Source: Vulcanimicrobiota bacterium (lineage in GTDB: Bacteria; Vulcanimicrobiota; Vulcanimicrobiia; Eremiobacterales; Eremiobacteraceae). From it: 64,000 nucleotides of DNA. Under the pieces are notes generated by a model. It ran no database searches, was not told the DNA's origin, and worked only from the letters and a program-made list of their open reading frames with translations. Position 1 is the first letter of the stretch. The number at the start of each line of letters is the position of its first letter. The stretch is taken from assembly GCA_963805945.1 (NCBI GenBank), contig CAWDVP010000006.1, positions 384,001 through 448,000 on the forward strand. Reading direction: 5' to 3'. A program made the translations under genes and the position numbers. Positions 20,112-32,386 of the stretch are shown here, piece after piece.

Positions 20112-20791
20112 GCGCCGCTCGGCTCGATCGCTCTGACGCGCCGCTCGAGCGCGTCGACCACCTGCTCGAGGGTCAGCGCGGTCGTGTCGATCTCGATCGC
20201 GTCGGGCGACTTGACGAGCGGCGACACCGCTCGCTCGCTGTCGCGCGAATCGCGCTTCTCGACTTGCGTGCGCAGGCCGGCGCGATCGACCGTGCCGCCG
20301 CGCTCCTCGAGCTCGCGCAGGCGTCGATCGACCCGCGTGTCGAGGTCGGCGGTGAGGAAGAACTTGATGCGCGCGTCGGGCAGGATGACGGTGCCGATGT
20401 CGCGCCCGGCCATGACCACGTCGCGACCGTTCGCGAAGGCTCGTTGCGCCGGCACGAGCCGGTCGCGCACGCGCGGCAGCGCCGCGATGGGCGAGACCGC
20501 CCGCGCGATCTCAGGCGCGAACAATTCGCCGTCGAGCTCCCGACCGCCGATGCGGACCCGCGCGTGCCCGTCCGGCGCGGCGGTGATCTCCGGCGCCTCC
20601 CGCTCTATCAAGGCGACGACCGCAGCTTCGTCATCGGGCGCGACGCCACGCGCCAGCGCGAGCCACGCGACGGCGCGGTAGAGCGCGCCGGTGTCGAGGA
20701 ACGCGATGCCCAACCGCCGCGCCAGCGCGGCGGCGACCGTGCTCTTGCCCGATGCGACGGGACCGTCGATCGCGATGTGGAGCGGACTCAT
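20108..20791 (-). CDS. cmk: Cytidylate kinase
   Basis: IAIDGPVASGKST, LDTGALYRA, GRDIGT, RDSRDSERAVSPL. Confidence 0.95.
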   Translation of the reverse strand: MSPLHIAIDGPVASGKSTVAAALARRLGIAFLDTGALYRAVAWLALARGVAPDDEAAVVALIEREAPEITAAPDGHARVRIGGRELDGELFAPEIARAVSPIAALPRVRDRLVPAQRAFANGRDVVMAGRDIGTVILPDARIKFFLTADLDTRVDRRLRELEERGGTVDRAGLRTQVEKRDSRDSERAVSPLVKSPDAIEIDTTALTLEQVVDALERRVRAIEPSGA

Positions 20792-20817
20792 ATGTTCTGC
20801 AAGCGAAGCCTTCGATT

Positions 20818-22346
20818 GTGCTAACCTCTCCCCTCGTCCATATCGATGGGACCAACCTGACGATTGCGCTCGTCAAGAGCATCGCCGCGGGTCAGACCGA
20901 CGTGAAGCTCGACGACAGCGTGCGTCCGCTCGTCCGGGCGGGGCGCGACGTCGTCGAAGCCACGGTCAAGGCGGGCACCCAGGTCTACGGCGTCACCACG
21001 GGCTTCGGCCGGCTCAAGAGCGTCATGATCGAACCCAAAGACGCGATCGCCCTGCAGCGCAATCTGGTGCTGAGCCATTGCACCGGCGTCGGCGAACCAC
21101 TGCCCGAGGACGCCGCGCGCGCTTCGGTCCTGCTGCGCGCGCATTCGCTGGCACGCGGCTATTCCGGCGTGCGCGTCGAGGTGATCGATCTGCTACTCGA
21201 GATGGTCAACCGCCGCGTCACGCCCATCATACCGTCGAAGGGTTCGGTCGGCGCCTCAGGCGATCTGGCGCCGCTTGCGCACATGGCGCTCGTGCTCATC
21301 GGCGACGGCGAGGCGACGTTCGAAGGCAAGCGCATGAGCGGCGGCGACGCGCTCAAAGCCGCGCAGCTCGCGCCGCTCACCTTGCAAGCGAAAGAAGGGC
21401 TCGCGCTCATCAACGGCACGCAGATCATGACCGGCATCGGCGCGCTCGCGGCGTACCGCGCGCAGCTGGCGTGCAAAGCGGCCGACATCGCGGGCGCGAT
21501 GAGTCTGGAGGCCTTTCTCGGCACCGATTCCGCCTTCGATGAGCGGCTCAACGCGCTGCGCCCGCATCCTGGCCAGGCGCGCGTCGCGGCGAACATGCGC
21601 CATCTGCTGCGCAATTCAGGCGTCATCGCGTCGCACGAGGATTGCGATCGCGTCCAGGACCCATACTCCTTCCGCTGCATCCCCGTCGTGCACGGCGCGG
21701 TGCGCGATGCGTTGCACGCGGTGGAGAACACCCTCGTCATCGAGATGAATTCGGTGACCGACAACCCGATCGTCATCCCCGAAGACGGCTCGTTCCTCAC
21801 CGGCGGCAACTTCCACGGCGAGCCGGTCGCGCTGGCGATGGACTATCTGTCGATGGCGCTCACCGAACTGGGCTCGATCGCCGAACGCCGCATCTACAAG
21901 CTGCTCGAGGGCCTCGAAGGACTGCCCATGTTCTTGAGCGAGGGCCACGGCTTGCACAGCGGCTACATGCTCGCGCAGTACACCGCCGCCGCGCTGGTGT
22001 CGGAGAACAAGACGCTCTCCTATCCGGCGTCGGTCGATTCCATCCCGACGTCCGCCGGCCAAGAGGATCACGTCAGCATGGGCACCATCTCGGCGCGCCA
22101 GTGCGAGCAGGTGGTCGGTAATCTGGAGAACATCATCGCCATCGAATTGCTTGAAGCGGCGCAGGCGCTCGACTTCCGCGCGCCGTTGACCTACGGCAGC
22201 GGCACCGCCGTCGCGCACCGCGTCGTGCGCAGCCGCGTGCCGCATCTGCGCGAGGATCGCAACCTGAGCCTCGACATCGCCACCGCGCGGGAACTGGTCG
22301 TCAGCGGCGAGCTCGTGCGCGCGGTGGAAGCCGAGATCGGCGAACT

Positions 22347-22350
<4 letters not shown>
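20818..22350 (+). CDS. hutH: Histidine ammonia-lyase
   Basis: [18 protein letters not shown] (MIO-forming ASG), [34 protein letters not shown] start at 20818 is inferred. Confidence 0.95.
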
Positions 22351-24008
<1,658 letters not shown>

Positions 24009-24146
24009 GCCGAGATCAACGCGCCGAATAATATTCGGCTGAGAAAAACTCTCACCGAAGGGGTGCAGGTCAGCCCGTTCCGCGGGCAGTACACCAGGCG
24101 CTAACACCGCACCAACGCTCTGCGCTTGCCGCCGGAGGTCTTATCC

Positions 24147-27100
24147 ATGTTCGCTCGCCGTGTGTCGCTCTTCAGCCTTATCCTGGGCGCCGCGTTCGCG
24201 TTCACATCACTGCCTGCGGGAGCCGGCACGACCGGCAACATCTCGGGCAAGACCACCGATGACAACGGCGCGCCGGTCGCCGCGGCGAAAGTGAGCGTCG
24301 TGTCGCCTTCGAAGTCGGCGACCGCCGTCACAAGCGCCAGCGGCTTCTTCTCCGTCCTCAACCTCTCGCCGGACACCTACACCGTGACGGCCTCTAAGGA
24401 CGGACTCCAAACGGCCACCGCCTACGGCGTCACCGTGCAGGCGGACCAGACGAGCCGCGTGGACCTCGTGCTGCATTCGAACGCGAAGGTGATCGGCCGC
24501 GTGACGACCACGGCGCAGGCCAACATCGTGAGCAAGAGCGTCACCGGCGACCTGTATTCGGTCAACGCGGCAGCTATCAATTCGTATCAGGGCAGCGCAG
24601 GCGGCGCGGAGACGCTGTACAGCCAGAACGGCGTTGTCGGCTCTCTCCCCGGCGTGACGCGCACCGTCGGGACCGGCGGCGGCTACGCCGGTAACGGCAG
24701 CTTGAGCATCCGCGGCGGCTCGAACGACCAGGTCGGCTTCGAGCTGGAGGGCATCCCGCTCAACCGCTCCTTCGACTCGGCGAACGCGACCGCGTTCCTC
24801 ACGAACGGCCTGTCGCAGCTGCAGGTCTACACCGGCGGCGAGCCGGCCGATTCGGGCCGCTCGATGGCGGGCTACATCAACGAGATCATCCGGCGCGGCA
24901 CGTACCCGGGCGGCGGCGACTTGACGTACGTCATCGGCACCCCAGATCTGACGAGCACAGTCCAGGCCGACATCTACGGCGGCACGCCGAACCATCATTT
25001 CACCTACTACGCCTCGACGCTGTGGATCAACGCCGGCTATAGCTTCGGCAACCGCAGCAACCTCGACAACACCAGCATCAACGTGCCGGCCAACGACCCC
25101 GGCTGCGGCGCGGCGAACGTCTTGAATGGCGCCACGATACCGGACTGCACCGTGGCGCAGACGTACAACATGCCGATCTCGCAAGGCGCATGGTCGAGTT
25201 TCCTCAACCCCCAATCATCGATGGCGGACACCGTCTTCAACTTCAATTGGGGCTTCGACCACAACGGCCTGACCGACGATCTGCAGTTCTTGTACAACGT
25301 CGGGATGACGCGCACGCCGTTCAACTATTCCGGGCCATACCTCGACCCGCTGCTCTCCGCGAGCGGCGTCGTCGGCCCGAGCGGCGCGCTGCTGTATCCC
25401 ACCGGCGCGCTCTACACCGGCCCGCTCGGCAGCATCTACAACGGCAGCGCGAGCAACTTCTACACGCTCACGTGGCCCTCGGCCGGCGGCAGCACCGGCG
25501 AGGTCCCGTTGAACTATCGCGACAGTCAGCGCACGCAATCGTCCATCGAGAAGCTCAGCTACACGCGTGCGCTCACCAGCTCGTCGTTCCTGCGCCTGTA
25601 CGCCTACGGGATATATTCGCTGTGGAACTTCGACCAGGCCACGAACAACTCGCTGGGTGATTCGTTCTACGACCTTCACGACAACGCGTACGGCGTCACG
25701 ATGAACTACCAGAACCAGATCGACCAGCACAACCTGGCGCGGCTCGACATCGACTTCCTCCAAGAGTCGAGCCTGCGCTACAACTACGCCAACAATTTCT
25801 CGAGCGACGGTTTCGTGAATTGTTTCCCGTCCGCGGTGGTCGATTATTCGGTCGGCCCGGCGGCGCTCGATTACGGCTGCGCCAACGCGTCAGCGCTCAA
25901 CCCCGAGGCGGTCGCCCAGCTCAACGGGCCGTACGCCTACTGGAACAGCATCAGCCCTATCACCAGCGACGTGGCGATCGCCGACACCTGGCATCCCAAC
26001 GACCGTTGGACGTTCGACGTCGGCCTGCGCTACGACGACTTCAACGTGCCGCTCATGCCTCTGCAGATCACCGGTCCGAACGGCATCGCCGAGCAGGCGC
26101 AGAACCAGTTCGGCACGTGCCTGCACGGCTACGCGTACGCTCCGGGCGAGAACTGCTACATCTTCTTGAACGCCGGCCTGCCGACGTCGATGGGCGGCGA
26201 CGGCACCTTCGGGGCGTCTGCCGCGCCCGGCGCCGGCAACTGGACCAACGTGAGCGGGTCCGAGACGTTCATCTATTGGAGTCCGCGTCTCGGCGCCACG
26301 TATTCAGCGTCGTCGCGCGACGTCTACCGCGTCTCGGTGGGCAGATACGTCCAAGCGCCCGCCACCGCGTATGAGGAGTACCGCGCGGCGCCGCAATGGG
26401 GGCCCGCCGACACGGTCACCATCCTCAACAGGTTCTACGACGGGATCGGGTTCACCGCGCTGCACAACATCCAGCCCCAGGACAGCACCAACTACGACGC
26501 GTCCTGGGAGCACAGCTTCAACGGCGCGCTCGCGATGAAGGTATCGCCATTCTATCGGAACACGCGCAATCAGATCCTCAACATCCCGGTCAACCCGGCG
26601 CAGCCGACCTTTGAGACCGGCTACAACTTCGGTGCGGCGCGGATCAGCGGCGCCGAGTTCCTGCTGCGCGATTCGCGTCCCGGCGACGGCTGGAGCGGCA
26701 CGCTGGCGGCGACGTACACGGATTCCAAGATCCGTTTCACGGCGCCGATCGGCGGCGCGAACTTCATCGACACGATGAACAATTCCATCACCGCGTACAA
26801 CATGCAGTACGGCACGAACTACGCCACCCTCGACCCGAACGGTTTCTACTCGCCCTCGCTCTTCCAAGCTCCGGGCGCGACCGGACCGTCGTATAATGTG
26901 GCGTGGGTCGTCAACCTCAACGCGACTTATCAGACCCACGGCTGGACGATCTCACCGACGTTCAACTACCAGTCCGGCAACCCGTACGGCGATCCGCTCA
27001 ACTTCCCCGACGCGCACTGCACATCGGCGGCGGTCACGTTCCCCGGCTGCATCCCGAATCCGGGCAGCCTTACGCCGCTCACCTATGGGCCGGATCCCTA

Positions 27101-27422
27101 CACCAAGACCTTCGACGCGCCAGGCTCGCTCAAAGGCCCGTCATGGCTCACCATGAACCTCGCGCTCTCGCACGACATCGCGCACAACATCAAAGCCAGC
27201 GTGCTGTTCACGAACGTATTCACGGTCGTGCACAACCAAGGCTACCCATGGGAGCTGGCGCCCGCCAACCAGGTGGTCTCATACGAGGACAATACCTTCT
27301 ACGGCAACAACCCGATCGGTGCGCTGCGCACGCAGTACATCGGCGACAGCTATTACGGCTACGCGCCGAGCAGCATCAATCCGTACCACCAGCTGGTGTT
27401 CAGCGTCTCGACCAAGATCTAA
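24147..27422 (+). CDS. TonB-dependent-receptor-like outer-membrane protein with an N-terminal carboxypeptidase-regulatory-like domain
   Basis: Signal peptide; GTTGNISG...LSPDTYTVTASKDG; plug-like LSIRGG...EGIP; beta-strand-rich body (GLRYD, SPRLGATY); ends VFSVSTKI. SD GGAGG. Confidence 0.8.
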   Translation: MFARRVSLFSLILGAAFAFTSLPAGAGTTGNISGKTTDDNGAPVAAAKVSVVSPSKSATAVTSASGFFSVLNLSPDTYTVTASKDGLQTATAYGVTVQADQTSRVDLVLHSNAKVIGRVTTTAQANIVSKSVTGDLYSVNAAAINSYQGSAGGAETLYSQNGVVGSLPGVTRTVGTGGGYAGNGSLSIRGGSNDQVGFELEGIPLNRSFDSANATAFLTNGLSQLQVYTGGEPADSGRSMAGYINEIIRRGTYPGGGDLTYVIGTPDLTSTVQADIYGGTPNHHFTYYASTLWINAGYSFGNRSNLDNTSINVPANDPGCGAANVLNGATIPDCTVAQTYNMPISQGAWSSFLNPQSSMADTVFNFNWGFDHNGLTDDLQFLYNVGMTRTPFNYSGPYLDPLLSASGVVGPSGALLYPTGALYTGPLGSIYNGSASNFYTLTWPSAGGSTGEVPLNYRDSQRTQSSIEKLSYTRALTSSSFLRLYAYGIYSLWNFDQATNNSLGDSFYDLHDNAYGVTMNYQNQIDQHNLARLDIDFLQESSLRYNYANNFSSDGFVNCFPSAVVDYSVGPAALDYGCANASALNPEAVAQLNGPYAYWNSISPITSDVAIADTWHPNDRWTFDVGLRYDDFNVPLMPLQITGPNGIAEQAQNQFGTCLHGYAYAPGENCYIFLNAGLPTSMGGDGTFGASAAPGAGNWTNVSGSETFIYWSPRLGATYSASSRDVYRVSVGRYVQAPATAYEEYRAAPQWGPADTVTILNRFYDGIGFTALHNIQPQDSTNYDASWEHSFNGALAMKVSPFYRNTRNQILNIPVNPAQPTFETGYNFGAARISGAEFLLRDSRPGDGWSGTLAATYTDSKIRFTAPIGGANFIDTMNNSITAYNMQYGTNYATLDPNGFYSPSLFQAPGATGPSYNVAWVVNLNATYQTHGWTISPTFNYQSGNPYGDPLNFPDAHCTSAAVTFPGCIPNPGSLTPLTYGPDPYTKTFDAPGSLKGPSWLTMNLALSHDIAHNIKASVLFTNVFTVVHNQGYPWELAPANQVVSYEDNTFYGNNPIGALRTQYIGDSYYGYAPSSINPYHQLVFSVSTKI

Positions 27423-27434
27423 AACCTCAACGTA

Positions 27435-27521
27435 TGTAGGGGCCGATCTTCAGATCGGCCCCTTTTTCTTATCGGGTCGACCTAAAGGTCGACCCCTACA
27501 TCTTCATGGTCGACCCCTACA
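27435..27521. repeat. REP cluster (two full copies and one half copy); the first is followed by a T-tract and probably acts as a terminator
   Basis: TGTAGGGGCCGATCTTCAGATCGGCCCC-TTTTT (27435-27467), GGGTCGACCTAAAGGTCGACCCCTACA (27474-27500), GGTCGACCCCTACA (27508-27521). Confidence 0.85.
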
Positions 27522-30492
27522 GGGGCAGCAGGCGCGCGAGCTCGGCCCCGAGTGTCGCCGCCTGCGACATCTGCGCCGTGCTCGGCGGGCCTTGTGACAG
27601 CGACATCGTCTGCTGCAGCGTCTGGATGCGCTCGCGCAGCGCATCGGGGCGGTACATATCGTCCTCCGAGTTGCGCGGGTTGGAGCTCAAGGCGTCGTAG
27701 AACGCCTTGTCGTGCGCGTCGAGCGCGCCGTGTTTTGCTTTTCCGTCGAGCGCGTTGAGCGCGTCGTCGATGCGCGAGAGCTCGTCGTTGAGCTGGCGCA
27801 GCAGATCGTGGCGCGCGACGTAGTCCTGTTGCGTCCACTGCGCACGTGGATCCGCTTTCACGATCAGCGGCTGCTCGAGCACCGTCGGCCCGACGTGCAA
27901 TCGCACCGTGTAGCTCCCCGGCACGACGTCCGCGCCGTCGGAGGGGCCCTGGTTCCACTCCTTGGCCGAGAGCCACAGGTGCGGCGGCGCCTCGGCCAGG
28001 TTCCAGGCGATGCGGTTGAGCCCCGCGTGCCCGGTGCCGCTGAGGTTGCGCAGCACGCGGCCGGTGGCGTCGATGATCTCGACGTTCGGCGCCGGCTTGC
28101 GCGCGGCGGCAAGATAGTAGGTCAGTAGGGCGCCGGCGGGTGGATTCTCACCCGCGAACAATTGCTGCGGCGGGATGCCCTCGCCGAGGCCGGTGCCGTA
28201 GATGTTCTTCCACCAGCGGTACCAATGGTACGTCGTGCGCGGCGCGAACAGAAAGGCGCTCGATTGGCGCGCGAGCGCCAACTGCTGCAGAGCGCTGATA
28301 TCGTCGAGCACGAAGAAACCGCGCCCATGCGTCGCTAGCACCAGATCGTCGGCCTGCGGCTGCACGCGCAGGTCGCGCGCCGCGGTCACCGGCATCGCGC
28401 CGCGCAGGCTCTCCCAATGCACCCCGCCATCGAACGAGACCCAGACGCCTTGCTCGACGCCCGCATAGAGGATGTCCGGGTTGCGCGGGTCTTGGCGGAT
28501 CACGTGCACGTATTGATCGTGCGGCAGGCCGGCGCTGATGCTGCGCCAACTGCCGCCCGAATCGTGCGTGACGAACGCGTACGGCGCGCGGTCACCGCTG
28601 TTGTGCCGGTCCACCGCGACAAACGCGGTGGCGGCATCGTGCGGCGATGGTTCCACGTTTTCGACGCGACCGTAGGGAGGCACCGGCGGCGTCACATCGC
28701 GCCACGTCGCACCGCCGTCCTTGGTGATGTGCACGAGCCCGTCGTCGCTGCCGGTCCAGATCACCGTCGCATCGATCGGCGACGGCGCGATGCTCAACAG
28801 GGTGTCGTAGAACTCGGCGCCGGACACATCGGTGTTCACGGGACCGCCCGCCACCTGCTGATGCGCCGGCTCGTCACGCGTGAGATCCGGACTGATGACC
28901 GTCCAGCGCTTGCCGTGATCGGCCGTGCGGAAGACGACGTTCCCGCCGAAATACGCGACGGTCGGGTCCAGCGGCGAGATCGCGACCGGCGCCTCCCAGT
29001 TGAAGCGATACGGCAGGCCGGCGAGCGCTCGGCCATTGGTGTCGGTCGCGTCGGGCGAGATGTCGTGGTTCTCCCGCGAGCGATAGTCGTACAAGCCGAG
29101 CTGGCCGGTCACCGCGTTGACGCCGACGTTCCACACGAGAGACGCGTCGAGCGGATCGGGTATCGCCCACACGCCATCGCCGTCGTTGCCGACGTCGCGC
29201 CAATCGCCGGAGAGGATGCCGAGCGGATCGCGACTGTCGGATGGGCCGCAAAAAGAGTCGTTGTCCTGGAAACCGCCGCAGATGCGGTACGGCTCGCTCG
29301 CGTCCAGGCCGAGCCGGTAGACCTGACCGATCGACACGTTGTATCCGAACGCCCATATCGACCCGCCGTCGAGGCTGATCGGCGCGCCACCATCGTCCGC
29401 CTCGATCATGCGCCTGCCGTCTGCGGCGATCCACATGCCGTGGTGGTCCTGATGCAACGCCGAGTCGACATTGCGGAAGGTGGCCCCGCCGTCGCGCGAT
29501 TCGAGCAGATTCTCCGAGAGGAAGAACACGTGGCGTGCATCGCGCGGATCGACCTCGAGCCGGCTCATGTAGAACGGGCGCTGGTTCAGTTCGGTATCGG
29601 TGCTCACGAGATGCCAGGTGTCGCCCGCGTCATCCGAGCGCCACAACACGCCGGATTTGGATTGGATGAGCGCGTAGACGCGCCGCGGATCGCTCGGAGC
29701 CACGGCAAGTCCGATGCGACCCATCACGCCTGGGGGCAGGCCGTGCCCGCTCAGCTTCGTCCACGTCACGCCGCCGTCACGCGAACGATAGATGCCGTCA
29801 TCGGGTCCGCCGCTTTCGAACGACCAGGGCACGCGGCGCAGCTGCCAGATCGCGGCGAAGGCCGTGCGTCCACGCGCATCCCAGGCGAGGTCGGCGGCGC
29901 CGCTGCGCGGGCCTACGTACAACGTCTTGCGCCACGATCGACCGCCGTCCGCCGTGCGATAGACGCCGCGGTCCTGGCTGTCCGCGAACGGATCGCCGAG
30001 CGCGCCCGCAAGCGCGATCGTCGGGGTTTTCGGATCGATGAGGATCCGCGAGATCGCATACGAGTTCTCGAGGCCGCGGTGCTGCCACGAATCGCCGCCG
30101 TCCACCGACAGCCACACGCCGTCGCCATAGGAGGCGTCGTTGCGCGGTTTCGACTCCCCGGTGCCTACCCAGACCACGCGTTTGTCGGAAGGCGCGATGG
30201 CGACCGCGCCGATAGCGGCGACCGGCTGGCTGGCCCAGCGGTCGCTCCACGTGACGCCGCCGTTGACCGTGCGGAACACGCCGCCGTCCGCGGCGCCGAA
30301 GAAATAGAGCAGCGCGTCGGCGTTCGTCCCGGCGACGGCGGTGACACGACCGCCCGACTGCCCGGGTCCTATAGAACGCCAGCGCAGGTCTCCCGACACG
30401 CCTGTGTCTGCCGAGGCGGGGCTGGGGAATATGAGAGAGAGCAGGAGTATGAGGACGAGGTTCGGCGCCGGGGACGTCTTCGCAAGCGTGAT
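27517..30492 (-). CDS. Secreted BNR/Asp-box repeat (VPS10/sortilin-like) glycosyl hydrolase-like protein; start uncertain
   Basis: WRSIGP..SGGRV, repeated SxDGGxTW Asp-boxes, HQDHH, RFNW, ATHGRG. Hydrophobic signal segment near 30400-30460. Confidence 0.85.
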   Translation of the reverse strand: MTLAKTSPAPNLVLILLLSLIFPSPASADTGVSGDLRWRSIGPGQSGGRVTAVAGTNADALLYFFGAADGGVFRTVNGGVTWSDRWASQPVAAIGAVAIAPSDKRVVWVGTGESKPRNDASYGDGVWLSVDGGDSWQHRGLENSYAISRILIDPKTPTIALAGALGDPFADSQDRGVYRTADGGRSWRKTLYVGPRSGAADLAWDARGRTAFAAIWQLRRVPWSFESGGPDDGIYRSRDGGVTWTKLSGHGLPPGVMGRIGLAVAPSDPRRVYALIQSKSGVLWRSDDAGDTWHLVSTDTELNQRPFYMSRLEVDPRDARHVFFLSENLLESRDGGATFRNVDSALHQDHHGMWIAADGRRMIEADDGGAPISLDGGSIWAFGYNVSIGQVYRLGLDASEPYRICGGFQDNDSFCGPSDSRDPLGILSGDWRDVGNDGDGVWAIPDPLDASLVWNVGVNAVTGQLGLYDYRSRENHDISPDATDTNGRALAGLPYRFNWEAPVAISPLDPTVAYFGGNVVFRTADHGKRWTVISPDLTRDEPAHQQVAGGPVNTDVSGAEFYDTLLSIAPSPIDATVIWTGSDDGLVHITKDGGATWRDVTPPVPPYGRVENVEPSPHDAATAFVAVDRHNSGDRAPYAFVTHDSGGSWRSISAGLPHDQYVHVIRQDPRNPDILYAGVEQGVWVSFDGGVHWESLRGAMPVTAARDLRVQPQADDLVLATHGRGFFVLDDISALQQLALARQSSAFLFAPRTTYHWYRWWKNIYGTGLGEGIPPQQLFAGENPPAGALLTYYLAAARKPAPNVEIIDATGRVLRNLSGTGHAGLNRIAWNLAEAPPHLWLSAKEWNQGPSDGADVVPGSYTVRLHVGPTVLEQPLIVKADPRAQWTQQDYVARHDLLRQLNDELSRIDDALNALDGKAKHGALDAHDKAFYDALSSNPRNSEDDMYRPDALRERIQTLQQTMSLSQGPPSTAQMSQAATLGAELARLLPL

Positions 30493-30589
30493 GGAGGCCC
30501 TCCGTTGCGCCGCGCGTTCGGGGATAGTGCGGCGATTTCCGCTGCTCCTTGAAGGACCGACCCGGCTATAGATTGTAGGCGGGACCAGC

Positions 30590-31312
30590 ATGCAAGCCAA
30601 GCCGAGCATCTTCGACATCCAGCGCAGCCGCGATCGCTTCTTCGCCGATCATGGCTGGCTCAAGACGTACCATTCCTTCAGCTTCGCGGACTATTACGAC
30701 CCGCACAACCTCAACTGGGGCGCGCTGCGCGTCCTCAACGACGATCGCATCGCGCCGAGCCAGGGCTTCCCGACGCACGCCCACCGCGACATGGAGATCA
30801 TCACCTATGTCATCTCGGGCGAGCTCGAGCACAAGGACAGCATGGACAACCACGGCGTCGTCAAAGACGGCGGGGTGCAATTCATGAGCGCCGGCACCGG
30901 CGTGCGCCACTCGGAGTACAACGGCTCCGCGACCCAAGAGCTGCACCTCGTGCAGATGTGGCTCACGCCCGGCAAGAAGGGGACCAAGCCGTCGTACGGC
31001 CAGTGCGATTTCACTCCGGCGGAGCGCTTGAACAAATGGCTGCTCGTGGCGAGCGGCACGCCAGGCAATCGCGCGCCTGTCGCCCTCACGCAGGACGCGT
31101 CGTTCCGCGTCTCACGGCTCGAGAACGGCGTGCTCGACTATCCGTTCCCGGCCGGCCGGCTCGGCTTTCTCTTCGTCGCCACCGGCAGCGTCGCCGCCAA
31201 CGGCGCGCGGCTCGAAGCAGGCGACGCGGTGCGCATCGGCGGCGTACCCTCGCTCGCGCTCAGCGGCTCGGGCGACGTGCTGCTCTGGGATATTCCGCCC
31301 ACGATAGAATAG
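30590..31312 (+). CDS. Pirin family protein (YhhW-like)
   Basis: HGWLKTYHSFSFADYYDP, LRVLNDD, GFPTHAHRDMEI, HKDSM, MSAGTGVRHSE. Confidence 0.95.
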   Translation: MQAKPSIFDIQRSRDRFFADHGWLKTYHSFSFADYYDPHNLNWGALRVLNDDRIAPSQGFPTHAHRDMEIITYVISGELEHKDSMDNHGVVKDGGVQFMSAGTGVRHSEYNGSATQELHLVQMWLTPGKKGTKPSYGQCDFTPAERLNKWLLVASGTPGNRAPVALTQDASFRVSRLENGVLDYPFPAGRLGFLFVATGSVAANGARLEAGDAVRIGGVPSLALSGSGDVLLWDIPPTIE

Positions 31313-31324
31313 CAGACGCGGCGG

Positions 31325-31349
31325 TGGAGCGGTCGAATTTATTCGACCG
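31325..31349 (+). repeat. REP (GGAG head) overlapping the HMG-CoA lyase stop
   Basis: TGGAGCGGTCGAATTTATTCGACCG. Confidence 0.85.
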
Positions 31350-32262
31350 TTAGAGCGGTCGCGGCTTGATAGTACTTGCTCGTCGGCGCGTGATCGAGCG
31401 CTCCCGCGATGAGCGACGAAGCGTGCACGACGCCTTCGAGCGATACACCGGTCTGGATGCCCATGCCGTGCAACATGTAGAGCAGGTCCTCGGTCGCGAG
31501 ATTGCCGCTCGCACCCGGCGCGTACGGACATCCGCCGAGACCCGCTGCGGACGAATCGAAGATCGCGATGCCCATCTCGAGCGCCGCGAGGACGTTCGCC
31601 AGCGCGGTGCCGCGCGTGTCGTGGAAATGCATCGCGAGCCGGCCGATGTCGATGTGCTCCGTCAGCAGCGAGACCAGCTCCACCACCTGGTTCGGCGTCG
31701 CCACGCCGATCGTGTCGCCGATGCTGATCTCGTCCACGCCAAGCTCGTCGAGCCTTCGCGCCACTTTCACCACTGCGACCGGCGCGATGATCTCGTCGAA
31801 CGGCGAGCCGAAGCACATCGAGATGTAGCCCCGCACCCGCACGCCCTCGTGCTTGGCACGGGCGAGCACCGCCACGAAGCGGTCGATCGACTCGTCGATC
31901 GTCGCGTTGATGTTGCGTCGGTTGAACTCGTCCGAGGCCGCGGTGAAGACCGCGATCTCGCGGGCGCCGGCCGCGAGCGCGCGCTCCAAGCCGCGCTCGT
32001 TCGGCACGAGCACCGGATAGCGCACGCCCGGCCTGCGCGCGATGCGGCGCATCACGTCCTCAGCGTCGGCGAGCTGCGGGATGGCTTTCGGGCTGACGAA
32101 CGACGTCGCTTCGATTACCGGCAGTCCGGCATCCGAGAGCGCGTCGATGAAACGCACCTTCACATCCGTCGGGATCTCGACGCGTTCGTTCTGCAGCCCG
32201 TCGCGGGGTCCGACTTCGACGATGGTGACGCGCTTCGGCAGCGCGTCGAGCGGACGCGGCAT
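31339..32262 (-). CDS. Hydroxymethylglutaryl-CoA lyase
   Basis: EVGPRDGLQNE, SFVSPK, GDTIG, HFHDTRG, GLGGCPYAPGASGNLATED. Confidence 0.95.
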   Translation of the reverse strand: MPRPLDALPKRVTIVEVGPRDGLQNERVEIPTDVKVRFIDALSDAGLPVIEATSFVSPKAIPQLADAEDVMRRIARRPGVRYPVLVPNERGLERALAAGAREIAVFTAASDEFNRRNINATIDESIDRFVAVLARAKHEGVRVRGYISMCFGSPFDEIIAPVAVVKVARRLDELGVDEISIGDTIGVATPNQVVELVSLLTEHIDIGRLAMHFHDTRGTALANVLAALEMGIAIFDSSAAGLGGCPYAPGASGNLATEDLLYMLHGMGIQTGVSLEGVVHASSLIAGALDHAPTSKYYQAATALTVE

Positions 32263-32334
32263 GCCGCGCGATTCGTCACGGCGGCGCGCCGGACCCGCAG
32301 CGGCGCCGCCGGGCGGATCGCCGCCGGCGTGCAT

Positions 32335-32372
32335 AAGAAAAGAAGCCCGATCGCTCGGGCTTCTTCTGCTTT
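32335..32372. terminator. Bidirectional intrinsic terminator
   Basis: AAGAAA-AGAAGCCCGA-tcgc-TCGGGCTTCT-TCTGCTTT. Confidence 0.75.
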
Positions 32373-32386
32373 CGTGTCTCCGAAGA

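Noticed and set aside
27435..27521. CRISPR-like array
   Set aside because: Only 2.5 copies in mixed orientation, no spacers of regular length and no cas genes. These are REPs.
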